Source: Candidatus Niyogibacteria bacterium (GTDB lineage: Bacteria > Patescibacteriota > Minisyncoccia > HO2-45-28). Taken from it: DNA of 64,000 bases. The notes beneath the pieces are model-generated. The model did no database searches and was not told the origin of the DNA. It saw nothing but the letters and a program-made list of their open reading frames with translations. The stretch covers positions 452,709-516,708 of the forward strand of contig CP066691.1 in assembly GCA_016432485.1 (NCBI GenBank), in the 5' to 3' direction. A program made the translations under genes and the position numbers. Below are positions 1-8,819 of this stretch, in pieces (position 1 is the stretch's first letter; the number at the start of each line of letters is the position of its first letter).

Positions 1-82
1 GCATTTAATAAAAATAGCATAAAATTTGGCAAAAGAAAAGGCCCCTTAAGTGGGGCCCCCAATGACTCAGGAAACGAATATT

Positions 83-574
83 TCAGATTTCAGGAGGAAC
101 GGGAAGATGTATGCCATTTACCCTACCAATATAGACTAGCGAGGTGTCATATTTATGAAAAACCTCGGGACGTATCCGAAATATTTCTTTTCTATTATAA
201 AGCAATTTTTCGTGTGCTTTCCGGGAAATGATTTCAATGCGTTTTTCCTCGTCCTTAATCATTGCCGCGAGTTTCAGATAAAAAAATACTTCGGCAAACC
301 ACATAAAACACATTGTCTGTCCGCTTGGAACGATCTGGAACTTCTGATCGTCGTCAGTTTCTTCGGGATTATATATGGCTGAGACAAAAACTTTTCCTTC
401 CCACGCAAATGTAATGGCGTATCTATTCTTATCATCATCAAACACTATCTGAGCAGTAATGTTAATTTCCGCTGTTAAGTTATTCACCAACTGGTTAACA
501 CATTGAATTATGCGGTCATCTATCGGATGTTTCTCGTGATTTCCGGAATACCTTACTACGGCTCTTTTTTCCAT
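83..574 (-). CDS. hypothetical protein
   Basis: 163-aa ORF with a GGAGG-like SD upstream and a hairpin downstream (about 37-60); no recognised motif. Confidence 0.6.
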   Translation of the reverse strand: MEKRAVVRYSGNHEKHPIDDRIIQCVNQLVNNLTAEINITAQIVFDDDKNRYAITFAWEGKVFVSAIYNPEETDDDQKFQIVPSGQTMCFMWFAEVFFYLKLAAMIKDEEKRIEIISRKAHEKLLYNRKEIFRIRPEVFHKYDTSLVYIGRVNGIHLPVPPEI

Positions 575-728
575 TACAGCCCTCCTGCCGCTCGGTTTTT
601 AGCCTACGGCTCGAAGTATGAAAGAACTTCGTCCCGCCGTAACGGGACAAGGCGGACCATTCCGCCGAAAGTATATTAGCACGCAATGCTAAGGTCTGCA
701 ACAACATGCGAACGAAGCACATACGACG

Positions 729-749
729 TACGGACGTTCAACGTCCGTA
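729..749. repeat. REP palindrome TACGGACGTT-C-AACGTCCGTA downstream of the RAYT gene
   Basis: perfect 10-bp arms abutting the RAYT stop codon; near-identical copies at 1242-1260, 1432-1451 and 42416-42435. Confidence 0.85.
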
Positions 750-1433
750 TTAGGGTTCTAAATAATCCTTTTGTTCGCCCAATAATTCTTGGTCTCTTTC
801 GCTCCATTTCAGCATTGAATCAATTAGCTCTTCTGGATTTAAAAATTCTTCTAAAGCATGCCTAGAAATTATTAGATCGTCCTTTTTTCCGACAATACCC
901 AACAAACTGGACCACGGATATCTAAGTAATGCCGCTTTTGCACTTAAAACGCGTTTTATTCTTCCCCCTCGCCATTGGGGATGGGTATAATCTAACGCAT
1001 TAAGATGAATATAATTTACAAGGTGCTGAAAATAACGATCGGAATCAACGCGTATTACTTTAGCTCTTCCTTGAAACAAAACGCCCTTTCTTTTATTACG
1101 AAGATTAAAATACTTAACGTACCCGCCGAATATTTTTCTGACAAACTCGGTTGCGCCTTCGGGAGTTCTGCAACGAAAAAGAATGTGCGCGTGGTTATTC
1201 ATTAGAATATAAGCCAAAACCTCAACCAATTTTTCCTTTTCCGGACGTTGAACGTCCGTATTGTTATTAAAATTTCTAAGCTCCGCCGGCTCCCAAGAGT
1301 TAAAGATGCGCATCCCCAGCAAAAATCTTTGAAAATAAGAGTTGCCAGGAAATATAATTCTCCCGTCAACCCCCTTTTGACAAACATGATAAATCTCTTC
1401 TTCCACAAAAATCATATATTTTATATAGTACAC
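750..1433 (-). mobile_element. REP-associated tyrosine transposase (RAYT, Y1 HUH family)
   Basis: YHV..KG N-terminus, LMNNHAH (HUH motif), G.LFQGR, YIHLN catalytic Tyr, YPWSS; flanked by REPs. The true start may be MIFV about 18 nt inside. Confidence 0.85.
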
Positions 1434-1451
1434 GGACGTTCAACGTCCGTA
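1432..1451. repeat. REP palindrome upstream of the RAYT gene
   Basis: ACGGACGTTCAACGTCCGTA. Confidence 0.85.
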
Positions 1452-1500
1452 AACATCTGTAAAATCAAAGGGGGGGGCGACAAAATTTGCGACCAATCAT

Positions 1501-1530
1501 AAAACCCGCCCAAAGGGCGGGTTTAAAAAA
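1501..1530. terminator. intrinsic terminator-like hairpin downstream of pepN
   Basis: AAACCCGCCC-AAA-GGGCGGGTTT. Confidence 0.65.
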
Positions 1531-1535
1531 CTATT

Positions 1536-4217
1536 TCAAATTATTCCAAAAAAGAACTTCTTGATATTCGCGGCGTCTCTTGAAAGCCACCGAGCATTCA
1601 TCCGTATGTGCTCAAGCGACTGTTCAATGGTGCGTTTGGCCGACGGCACGGGATGAGAAGCAAAAAATTCTTCTATTTCACGGGCCTTGCCTTCGGAAAC
1701 AAAGTCGTTGATAAGGCCGCCGATTATGCTTTGAAACATAAAAATTCCGCCGTCCGAATAGCGCCTACTTAACTCCGCAAAATTATTCTTCAGAAATTCC
1801 CACGCCCGATCGCGAGCGTACGCGTTTGCGCCGACGCTTCCGCTGATGAAAAAGACGTCTTGAGGCCTCACTTCATCCGAGAGCATAAATTCAAGGACTG
1901 ATTCAATCAGAGCTTGGGACCTGAATTTTCCAAGCGCTCTTAAAATTCTGGTCTTTTCTTCCGAAAGGCCTGTCGCGCGGTAAAGGTCAAGCAGGGCATG
2001 GTATTCCGCGTCGCTTCCATGGTCGGCCACAATCGCGTATACCGCTTCCTTCAAGTCGGGACTGATAAAACCGGATTTGAATTGCCTATACGCCTCAAAA
2101 ACAGTCGCGGGGTCTTTAGCTAAATTTGCAAAACCCCTTAAAATACGGGAGCGCAGAAGTTTATCGGTGTGGGTTTCGTTATCTTTCTGTTTCCATCCGA
2201 CATGCTCACTGATATCTTTCATCAATAGCCGCGAAAAATCGACCAACCCTCCTGAAAAATCAGTACTACAGAGCAAATTATCAAGCGAAGCCAAAATGCT
2301 TAAAATTTCCTGCCAGACGGCGTAATTTCTTTCTCCCCTGTAATACGGAAGCAACGAAAGAAGTTCCTCGGCTGAGACGCGTCCGGAGCGCGCGTTATAA
2401 AAAAGGTCGCTCAAAACTCCGAAACGATCTATTGGCGGAAGGTCGCCATTTGATAAAGGGACGCGCAATTTATGCAGAAACTCGGGCTCGTAATGAACGC
2501 GGCAAAAAGCCATTTGACCGGTGTTGATTTTCAACCATGTGTTGCCGGCGCTGAAAAGCGACTGATAGTCGGCTTCACTGCTCGGCATAGTTACGCGCAG
2601 TTCTCCCAAACCGCCGAGCTCAATGCCGAGCGGAATGGTCCAACGTTTTCCCCTCTCTTCGGAATCCAGAGTTTCGCCGCTTGAAAGAAACCTTTCTTGC
2701 CCCAAAGACACAAAGCCGCCGTCAATCCTCCTGACAGAAACCGAGGGATAACCCGCTTGTTTTGTCCAGCCGTCCATAAAAGATTTCACCGATTTGCCTG
2801 AAACTTCTTCAAAAACTTCGTAAAGTTCATCGGTTGAAGCATTTTTATAAGCAAAACGAATCAAGTAGGCCTTAAGACACTTTCTGAAAACCTCTTCGCC
2901 AAGATATTCAACCAGCATTCTTATGACGCAAGCGCCTTTTGAATAACTTATGGCGTCAAATATCTCATTTATTTCAGCGGGGTCGTTAACTTCAACTTCA
3001 ATCGGGTGAGTGCTTTTCAGGCCGTCTTTGGAAAGAGCGTTCGCGTATTCCCCGGCGACGAATTGCGTCTGAATGTCCCATTCTGGAAACAAATAATCGG
3101 TGCATTTCGGCTCAAGAAAGCTCGCGAACCCCTCGTTAAGCCACAAATCGTTCCACCATTTCATTGTCACAAGGTCTCCAAACCACATGTGCGTGTTTTC
3201 GTGAATGACGACTTCGGCTACGCGCTGTTTGGCTGAAGCAGCGGAATTTTCCGGGTCGTAAAGAAGCGTAGTTTCTCTGTAAGTCACAAGCCCCCAGTTC
3301 TCCATGGCTCCCGAGGCAAAATCGGGAACAGCAACCAAATCAAGTTTTGGCAAGGGATACGGCACGCCAAGATATTCTTCAAAAAATTCAATGCTCTTTT
3401 TGCAAGTATCAAGCGCGAACCGGCCCTGCTCAACTTTTCCGGGCGTCGTCCAGACCCTGATGGGTTTCCCGGGAATAACTATTTTTGATTTTTGACCATT
3501 ACCGCAACATTCGCCCTCGCAACTTTCGGCCTCTAGTTCAAGATCTTTGGTCCTGGTTTCGATTGATTCAAATTCTCCAACCGCAAAAGCCAGAGCGTAA
3601 GTTGACATCGGCGGAGTTTTTTCAAACTGGATAACTTTAAAGGGCCAAAAATCGGGGCATCTCTGAACCGGCATATTGGACAAAACCTGCAGATGGCGCG
3701 GCACAATAAAAGCAATTCTGAAAGTCGCTTTTATCGCCGGCTCGTCCCAGCACGGGAAAGCCCTGCGGGCATCGGTTGCTTCAAATTGAGTACAAGCCAT
3801 CCATCTTTTTTCACCGTTCACTTCATAACTTGAACGATAAAAACCGCGCATTTTGTCGTTCAAAACTCCGCTAAAATTGATGGTGAGCGCGTATCTGCCT
3901 TTTTGGAAAACCCTATCAAATTTTAAAGTAACGGTCTCTGCCTCCTTATTAAATTCCGTACCCTGCAATCTGGGGATGAATCTGTCGCGAGCAATGACTT
4001 TCACGTTATATATTGAAAGGTCTACGGCGTGCAGGACGATTTCCGAGGTTTCTTCCAAAACTTCAATCTCTATCAACTCACTGCCATCAAAAGTGAATTT
4101 TTTAAGATTGGGAGTAAATGTCAAGTAATACTCATCGGGTCTTACATTTTTAGGAAGACGAACGCCGGGTCTTACAGCTGACGCTTCCGGACACACGATC
4201 CTGCCTCCTTTTTTCAA
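1536..4217 (-). CDS. pepN: M1 family zinc aminopeptidase (PepN/ERAP1-like)
   Basis: TQFEATDARRAFPCWDEP, GAMENWG, HENTH..18..E, YSKG, ERAP1_C-like tail; start uncertain. Confidence 0.92.
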   Translation of the reverse strand: MKKGGRIVCPEASAVRPGVRLPKNVRPDEYYLTFTPNLKKFTFDGSELIEIEVLEETSEIVLHAVDLSIYNVKVIARDRFIPRLQGTEFNKEAETVTLKFDRVFQKGRYALTINFSGVLNDKMRGFYRSSYEVNGEKRWMACTQFEATDARRAFPCWDEPAIKATFRIAFIVPRHLQVLSNMPVQRCPDFWPFKVIQFEKTPPMSTYALAFAVGEFESIETRTKDLELEAESCEGECCGNGQKSKIVIPGKPIRVWTTPGKVEQGRFALDTCKKSIEFFEEYLGVPYPLPKLDLVAVPDFASGAMENWGLVTYRETTLLYDPENSAASAKQRVAEVVIHENTHMWFGDLVTMKWWNDLWLNEGFASFLEPKCTDYLFPEWDIQTQFVAGEYANALSKDGLKSTHPIEVEVNDPAEINEIFDAISYSKGACVIRMLVEYLGEEVFRKCLKAYLIRFAYKNASTDELYEVFEEVSGKSVKSFMDGWTKQAGYPSVSVRRIDGGFVSLGQERFLSSGETLDSEERGKRWTIPLGIELGGLGELRVTMPSSEADYQSLFSAGNTWLKINTGQMAFCRVHYEPEFLHKLRVPLSNGDLPPIDRFGVLSDLFYNARSGRVSAEELLSLLPYYRGERNYAVWQEILSILASLDNLLCSTDFSGGLVDFSRLLMKDISEHVGWKQKDNETHTDKLLRSRILRGFANLAKDPATVFEAYRQFKSGFISPDLKEAVYAIVADHGSDAEYHALLDLYRATGLSEEKTRILRALGKFRSQALIESVLEFMLSDEVRPQDVFFISGSVGANAYARDRAWEFLKNNFAELSRRYSDGGIFMFQSIIGGLINDFVSEGKAREIEEFFASHPVPSAKRTIEQSLEHIRMNARWLSRDAANIKKFFFGII

Positions 4218-4267
4218 GGACCGAAAACTAATTTAGAGTTTAATGCCGCTATGTTATATTTACAAGT

Positions 4268-4837
4268 ATGAAAATAATAGTCGGGCTCGGAAATCCGGGG
4301 AGCGATTATTCCGAAACGCGCCACAACGCCGGACGGCTCGCTTTGGAATACTTTGCCAAGAAAAATGATTTTCCGGATTGGAAGGAATCAAACAAATATT
4401 TTTCTCTTATTTCGGAAGGGGAAATCGGCAAAAAGCCGGTTTTATTGTTATTGCCAGAGACCTTTATGAATAACTCGGGCAAGGCGATCGCGCATCTAAA
4501 AGCTAAAAGCTATAAGCTAAAAGCTGAATTGATCGTCCTTCACGACGATATTGATTTGCCGTTGGGAAAAATCAAAATTTCATTCGGTCGGGGTTCGGGC
4601 GGGCATAAAGGAGTTGAATCAGTAATCCGCGCGTTAAAAACAAAAGATTTTTGGCGGATTCGTATTGGCGTCTCGCCGAAAAACAAGCTGCCGCATAAAA
4701 AAATTCCGGACTTTCTGACCTCGCCTATGCGCAAACCGGATTTTGAAACACTCAAAAAGTCATTCAAAAAAATTTCCGAAGCGTTGGAAACCATGCTTTC
4801 GAAATCCCCAGAAAAAGCGATGAATTTATTTAATTAA
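4268..4837 (+). CDS. pth: peptidyl-tRNA hydrolase
   Basis: IVGLGNPG..Y..TRHNAG, TFMNNSG, HDDIDL, GGHKG. Confidence 0.95.
   Translation: MKIIVGLGNPGSDYSETRHNAGRLALEYFAKKNDFPDWKESNKYFSLISEGEIGKKPVLLLLPETFMNNSGKAIAHLKAKSYKLKAELIVLHDDIDLPLGKIKISFGRGSGGHKGVESVIRALKTKDFWRIRIGVSPKNKLPHKKIPDFLTSPMRKPDFETLKKSFKKISEALETMLSKSPEKAMNLFN
4496..4526. repeat. heptamer microsatellite (CTAAAAG/CTATAAG)x4 inside pth
   Basis: direct read; encodes LKAKSYKLKA. Confidence 0.8.
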
Positions 4838-4875
4838 AAAGAAAAGGCGCAGCTCTTTGGCCGCGCTTTTTTATT

Positions 4876-5118
4876 TTACTCTCTGTTTCTCCAGCAGTCG
4901 CCCAATAAGCCGACCACCAGCATCAAAATCCCCAAGAAACCAAAAATTCCTGCTAAACTGCTGACTACTACCAAAGGAATATTAGGCGGGAAATCAAACT
5001 TAATAATAAATATCGTCAGGCCAAGAAGCGCGCAACCGATAAAAACGGCTATTTTATCCGGTTGATTCACGATAGTTATCCCCCTCCCATGATGGTTTTC
5101 CCCCTCTTGATTTAACAC
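4876..5118 (-). CDS. small two-TM membrane protein
   Basis: two hydrophobic segments. Confidence 0.5.
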   Translation of the reverse strand: MLNQEGENHHGRGITIVNQPDKIAVFIGCALLGLTIFIIKFDFPPNIPLVVVSSLAGIFGFLGILMLVVGLLGDCWRNRE

Positions 5119-5149
5119 TGCTCTGGCTTGAATTATGCCGATTTTAATC

Positions 5150-5183
5150 TAAAATGCAATAGTTGGCAGAAAAACCAACCAAA
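5150..5183. repeat. 34-bp direct repeat (second copy at 6201-6234) duplicating the -10 box and start of mfd
   Basis: TAAAATGCAATAGTTGGCAGAAAAACCAACCAAA identical at both sites. Confidence 0.92.
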
Positions 5184-5195
5184 TACCAAAACCTA

Positions 5196-5235
5196 TTTTG
5201 CCCACATCGCTACGATCGTAGTGATGTAGGCAAAA
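5196..5235. repeat. 40-bp palindrome downstream of the PaaX/Cas2-like gene
   Basis: TTTTGCCCACATCGCTACGA|TCGTAGTGATGTAGGCAAAA, 2 mismatches. Confidence 0.88.
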
Positions 5236-5253
5236 CAAAAAGTGTATTAAAAA

Positions 5254-5811
5254 TTAGGATAAGTCAAAATGCAATTTAAGGTCGGCGTCCATTGACATTT
5301 TTTCTACGGTCAAAACTCTAACATGCTGCTGAACCTCAAAAAATTCGGCCAAAAAATTTATCTCATTCGAGCACTCGTACGGAAAAACCCACGTACTTTT
5401 TTGCAACTCATAAAATCCTAATTTTTTGAGTTTTTTTCGCAAAGCATCGCGCGCCGTTCTTTTTTTCTCCGGTATGTCAAAAACAACAATGCGCCATTTT
5501 TTGTCCCAACGCACCGGTTTGGCCATCTCGATCTGGTCCGGATTATAGCGCATGGCGAACCTCTTTCCCCTCTCATTAATAACAATTGACACGGTGCCGT
5601 CATCCTCGTCTTTAAAATTAACCAAGCGGTCATACTTAAATTCTCTTAACACCCTTCTTAAGGTGCGGCGGTCAACATCGCGCCATTCTTTAGACAAGTT
5701 CTTTATGATATGCCAGTTGGTTCGTGGCGAGCGCGAAAGCCCCATGGATATTCCGGCCACCAACAACAAAAGTATTTTTTGTTTAGTCGGACTATAATAA
5801 TATTTAGCCAT
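5254..5811 (-). CDS. PaaX-like protein (wHTH-like N-terminus plus Cas2-like ferredoxin-fold domain)
   Basis: WDKKWRIVVFDIPEKKRTARDALR..L..LGF..LQKSTWVFPY signature; no CRISPR array nearby. Confidence 0.85.
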   Translation of the reverse strand: MAKYYYSPTKQKILLLLVAGISMGLSRSPRTNWHIIKNLSKEWRDVDRRTLRRVLREFKYDRLVNFKDEDDGTVSIVINERGKRFAMRYNPDQIEMAKPVRWDKKWRIVVFDIPEKKRTARDALRKKLKKLGFYELQKSTWVFPYECSNEINFLAEFFEVQQHVRVLTVEKMSMDADLKLHFDLS

Positions 5812-5830
5812 AATATTTAGTCACATCACA

Positions 5831-5870
5831 ATTGTACCACATTGATACGATCGGAGCAGTGTGGGCAAAA
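5831..5870. repeat. degenerate second copy of the 40-bp palindrome, upstream of the PaaX/Cas2-like gene
   Basis: ATTGTACCACATTGATACGA|TCGGAGCAGTGTGGGCAAAA shares the TACGATCG centre and the TGTGGGCAAAA arm. Confidence 0.75.
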
Positions 5871-5945
5871 TAAGTTAAGAATAAGTTAGGTAAGTTACAA
5901 GTAAGTTATAAGAAAAACGGCTTGCGAGGAGCCGTTTTTGCTTTA

Positions 5946-6149
5946 TTATGCCGCACTATCTTTTTTCTTTTTATCCTCGTCATCATTTCCTTGATCATTG
6001 TTTTTTTGTTGATCAAGAAAAGACCCAAAAATAAGCGCGCAGATGCCTGTTCCGACCACAACCCAAAGAACGGTTGACAAAGACAAATTAAACATCACGG
6101 ACAATACCACAAACGTTACTAACCAAGAACCCAATCCTGTCACCACCAC
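5946..6149 (-). CDS. small membrane protein (two TM, charged tail)
   Basis: GGAG SD with GTG start; hydrophobic helices; hairpin terminator at 5913-5940. Confidence 0.6.
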   Translation of the reverse strand: MVVTGLGSWLVTFVVLSVMFNLSLSTVLWVVVGTGICALIFGSFLDQQKNNDQGNDDEDKKKKDSAA

Positions 6150-6213
6150 TCAACTCTCCTTTTATTCAAAAACTCTCCTTGCATCATACATTCTTTCATA
6201 TAAAATGCAATAG

Positions 6214-8160
6214 TTGGCAGAAAAACCAACCAAACAACTTAATACACTTTTGATCGCAGGGCTTGCCCCATATTTTTTGGAAAAGCCCGTTTTGTGGTGG
6301 GAAGAAAATGAGGAGGAAATAATAAAAAAGCGCGGTCTAAGTCCGACTTGGACCAGAAACACGGTTTTGGTGGAAACGGGACAAAAAATAAAGCAGAGCG
6401 AATTTTTACGCCGAATTTCGGAGTTGGGATATGAAAGGGTTTTTGAAACGATACTCCCCGGGACTTACAAAACGCTTGGCTCAACGATTGTTATCTTTCC
6501 AATCAATAAAAAAATCCCTTGGGGCGTGGAATTCTCGGGCAATATCGTAGAGGCGATTGAAAAACACGAAACAATCGCGAAAGGCGGTCTGACACTAAAG
6601 CCGCAAAAAAATAAAGAATTGAGTATTGCTTCTGGCGATTATGTCGTCCATATAGACCACGGAATCGGAATTTTCCAGGGCCTGGAAGAAAAAAACGGCG
6701 AAAATTATTTTAAAATTGAGTACGCTTCTCCCGCGCACGGAGCCGACCCCGACGCGCTTTTCGTCCCGATTTCGGAAAAAAAACGCCTTGAGCCGTATTA
6801 CGGCCTTGAGCGTCCGCGGTTAAACAGGTTGGGCAGCCAATTCTGGACCAGAACCAAAAAGAAGTCGCGCGAAGAAATAATCGCCTTCGCCCAAGAACTC
6901 ATAAAAATTTATAAAAATCGCGTCATTCAAAAACGTCCGCCCTACCTGCCTGACTCGTTTGAAAAAATTGTCTGGGATTCATTCAGGCACGAACTTACTC
7001 CGAGCCAGGAAAACGCCCTTGAAGAAATTTTAAGCAATATGGCTAGTCCCGAACCTATGGATAGAATCTTAACGGGAGATGTCGGCTTTGGGAAAACCGA
7101 ACTGGCGCTGCGCGCCGCGCTTCGCGCGGCACTAAACAGCAGACAAACGGCGATCCTCGCGCCAACCACCGTGCTTGCCGACCAGCATCTTTCGGTCTTC
7201 AAAGAACGTCTTAAAAATCTGCCGATAAAAATCGGGGGCTTAACCCGCTTATCACCCGAAAAAGAAAATAAAAAAACGCTGGAAAATCTGGCCGAAGGCG
7301 AAACGGATATCGTTATCGGCACGCATCGCTTGTTTTCAAAAGACGTTAAATTCAAAAATCTGGGATTGGTGATAATAGACGAAGAACAACGCTTTGGGGT
7401 AAGACACAAAGAACATTTCAAAAAACTTCATCCGGCAACCGATATCCTTTCGCTTTCAGCAACTCCCATCCCGCGCACACTCACTTTCTTTTTGGCCGGA
7501 GTACGGCCGGCAAGCCAAATCAAAGAGGCGCCACGCGGTCGCAAAGCGCCTCTCACCAAAGTTTTACCTTTTTCCAAAAAATTTGTAAAGGAAGCTCTGA
7601 AAGCCGAGTTAAAACGCGGGGGACAGGTTTATTATGTCGCCAACCGCATCAAAAACATTCCCAAAATTGTTGAAATGCTGGAAAAACTTATTCCGAAATC
7701 CAAAATCGGCTCAATTCACGCGAGATTGTCCGAAAAAAATATAATTGAAACGATGCGCGATTTTCGCGAGAAAAAAATAGAGATTCTTGTTTCAACCACC
7801 ATTATTGAAAATGGCCTGGATATTTCTTCGGTAAACACTTTAATTGTTGAAAACGCGGCGCTTCTCGGACTTTCGCAAGCGCATCAGTTAAGAGGCAGAA
7901 TCGGGCGAGGCGATACGCAAGCAATCGCTTATTTCTTGTATAATCCAAAAAACCTCATGCCTAAGGCCGAAAAGCGCCTGAACAATCTTCTTAACTTTCA
8001 GGAGCTTGGCTCCGGGCTTGAACTCGCAAAACGCGATTTGGAAATCAGGGGCGCGGGCAACATTTTGGGCCGCGAACAATCGGGTATAGCCAACCGCATC
8101 GGCTGGAATTTATATTTTCAGTTTATGAACGAAGCGACTGAAAATCTTTCTCTATTTTAG
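6214..8160 (+). CDS. mfd: transcription-repair coupling factor, shortened form
   Basis: CarD/RID domain (GDYVVHIDHGIG), GDVGFGKT, DEEQRFG, SATPIPRT, QLRGRIGR, RDLEIRGAGNILG; no C-terminal TRCF domain. Confidence 0.9.
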   Translation: MAEKPTKQLNTLLIAGLAPYFLEKPVLWWEENEEEIIKKRGLSPTWTRNTVLVETGQKIKQSEFLRRISELGYERVFETILPGTYKTLGSTIVIFPINKKIPWGVEFSGNIVEAIEKHETIAKGGLTLKPQKNKELSIASGDYVVHIDHGIGIFQGLEEKNGENYFKIEYASPAHGADPDALFVPISEKKRLEPYYGLERPRLNRLGSQFWTRTKKKSREEIIAFAQELIKIYKNRVIQKRPPYLPDSFEKIVWDSFRHELTPSQENALEEILSNMASPEPMDRILTGDVGFGKTELALRAALRAALNSRQTAILAPTTVLADQHLSVFKERLKNLPIKIGGLTRLSPEKENKKTLENLAEGETDIVIGTHRLFSKDVKFKNLGLVIIDEEQRFGVRHKEHFKKLHPATDILSLSATPIPRTLTFFLAGVRPASQIKEAPRGRKAPLTKVLPFSKKFVKEALKAELKRGGQVYYVANRIKNIPKIVEMLEKLIPKSKIGSIHARLSEKNIIETMRDFREKKIEILVSTTIIENGLDISSVNTLIVENAALLGLSQAHQLRGRIGRGDTQAIAYFLYNPKNLMPKAEKRLNNLLNFQELGSGLELAKRDLEIRGAGNILGREQSGIANRIGWNLYFQFMNEATENLSLF

Positions 8161-8188
8161 AAGCCGAAAAAAAATATATAATAAAAAT

Positions 8189-8791
8189 ATGCTGATGAAA
8201 TTATTCGGCTCATTTACACTATTAATCTTTTTTATAATTTTTGGGCCGGTTAACGCGCAAGCGGCGGGATTTGGTATATCGAAATACGGAGAAGCCGGCT
8301 ATGGCTACGGCACAACTACCGGAGAGACTTCTACCGTCCGGATGACCAGTACATCAGGAACGGCCGGCGCCACGACTTCGGTTATGGCCACCACTTCTGA
8401 AATGACCCTTGCCACAACTTCTGAAATGGCCACTGCCACAACTTCTGAAATAACCCTTGCCACAACTTCTGAAATGGCCACTGCCACAACTTCGGTTATG
8501 GCCACCACTTCTGAAATAAGCTCGCCCTCAATTAAACCCGCGGCCGCCCCAGCGCGCATAAAAGATAAAAAAATTTCACCTAAAAACAAAACAACTTCGG
8601 CGCCGGAGCCGACAATAGCTTTAATTTCTACGGAAGAAGAATATAGCACCTCAACAAAAGCCGTTCTGAAATCTCAAATGCCTATTAAAACATTGGTAGT
8701 CGGCATAATCACCAATAGTCTGAAAATAGCGCGGCGCGTGATAAAATATAAACTGTGGCAAGCCGGTCAATTTTTATTTTCAATATTTTAA
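8189..8791 (+). CDS. secreted Thr/Ser-rich repeat protein with GYGYG motif
   Basis: signal peptide ending AQA; ATTSE repeats. Confidence 0.65.
   Translation: MLMKLFGSFTLLIFFIIFGPVNAQAAGFGISKYGEAGYGYGTTTGETSTVRMTSTSGTAGATTSVMATTSEMTLATTSEMATATTSEITLATTSEMATATTSVMATTSEISSPSIKPAAAPARIKDKKISPKNKTTSAPEPTIALISTEEEYSTSTKAVLKSQMPIKTLVVGIITNSLKIARRVIKYKLWQAGQFLFSIF
8369..8518 (+). repeat. coding minisatellite of 18/24-bp units (GCCACAACTTCTGAAAT...)
   Basis: seven ATTS-containing units. Confidence 0.9.
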
Positions 8792-8819
8792 TTATTCGCT
8801 TAGTTGATTAAAATAAAAT

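Noticed and set aside
5254-5811. CRISPR-Cas locus suggested by the Cas2-like domain
   Set aside because: No repeat-spacer array, cas1 or effector genes in the window; the flanking palindromes are only two copies around a gene
8369-8518. Repeat tract as a CRISPR array
   Set aside because: Units are contiguous, in-frame and lack unique spacers: a coding minisatellite
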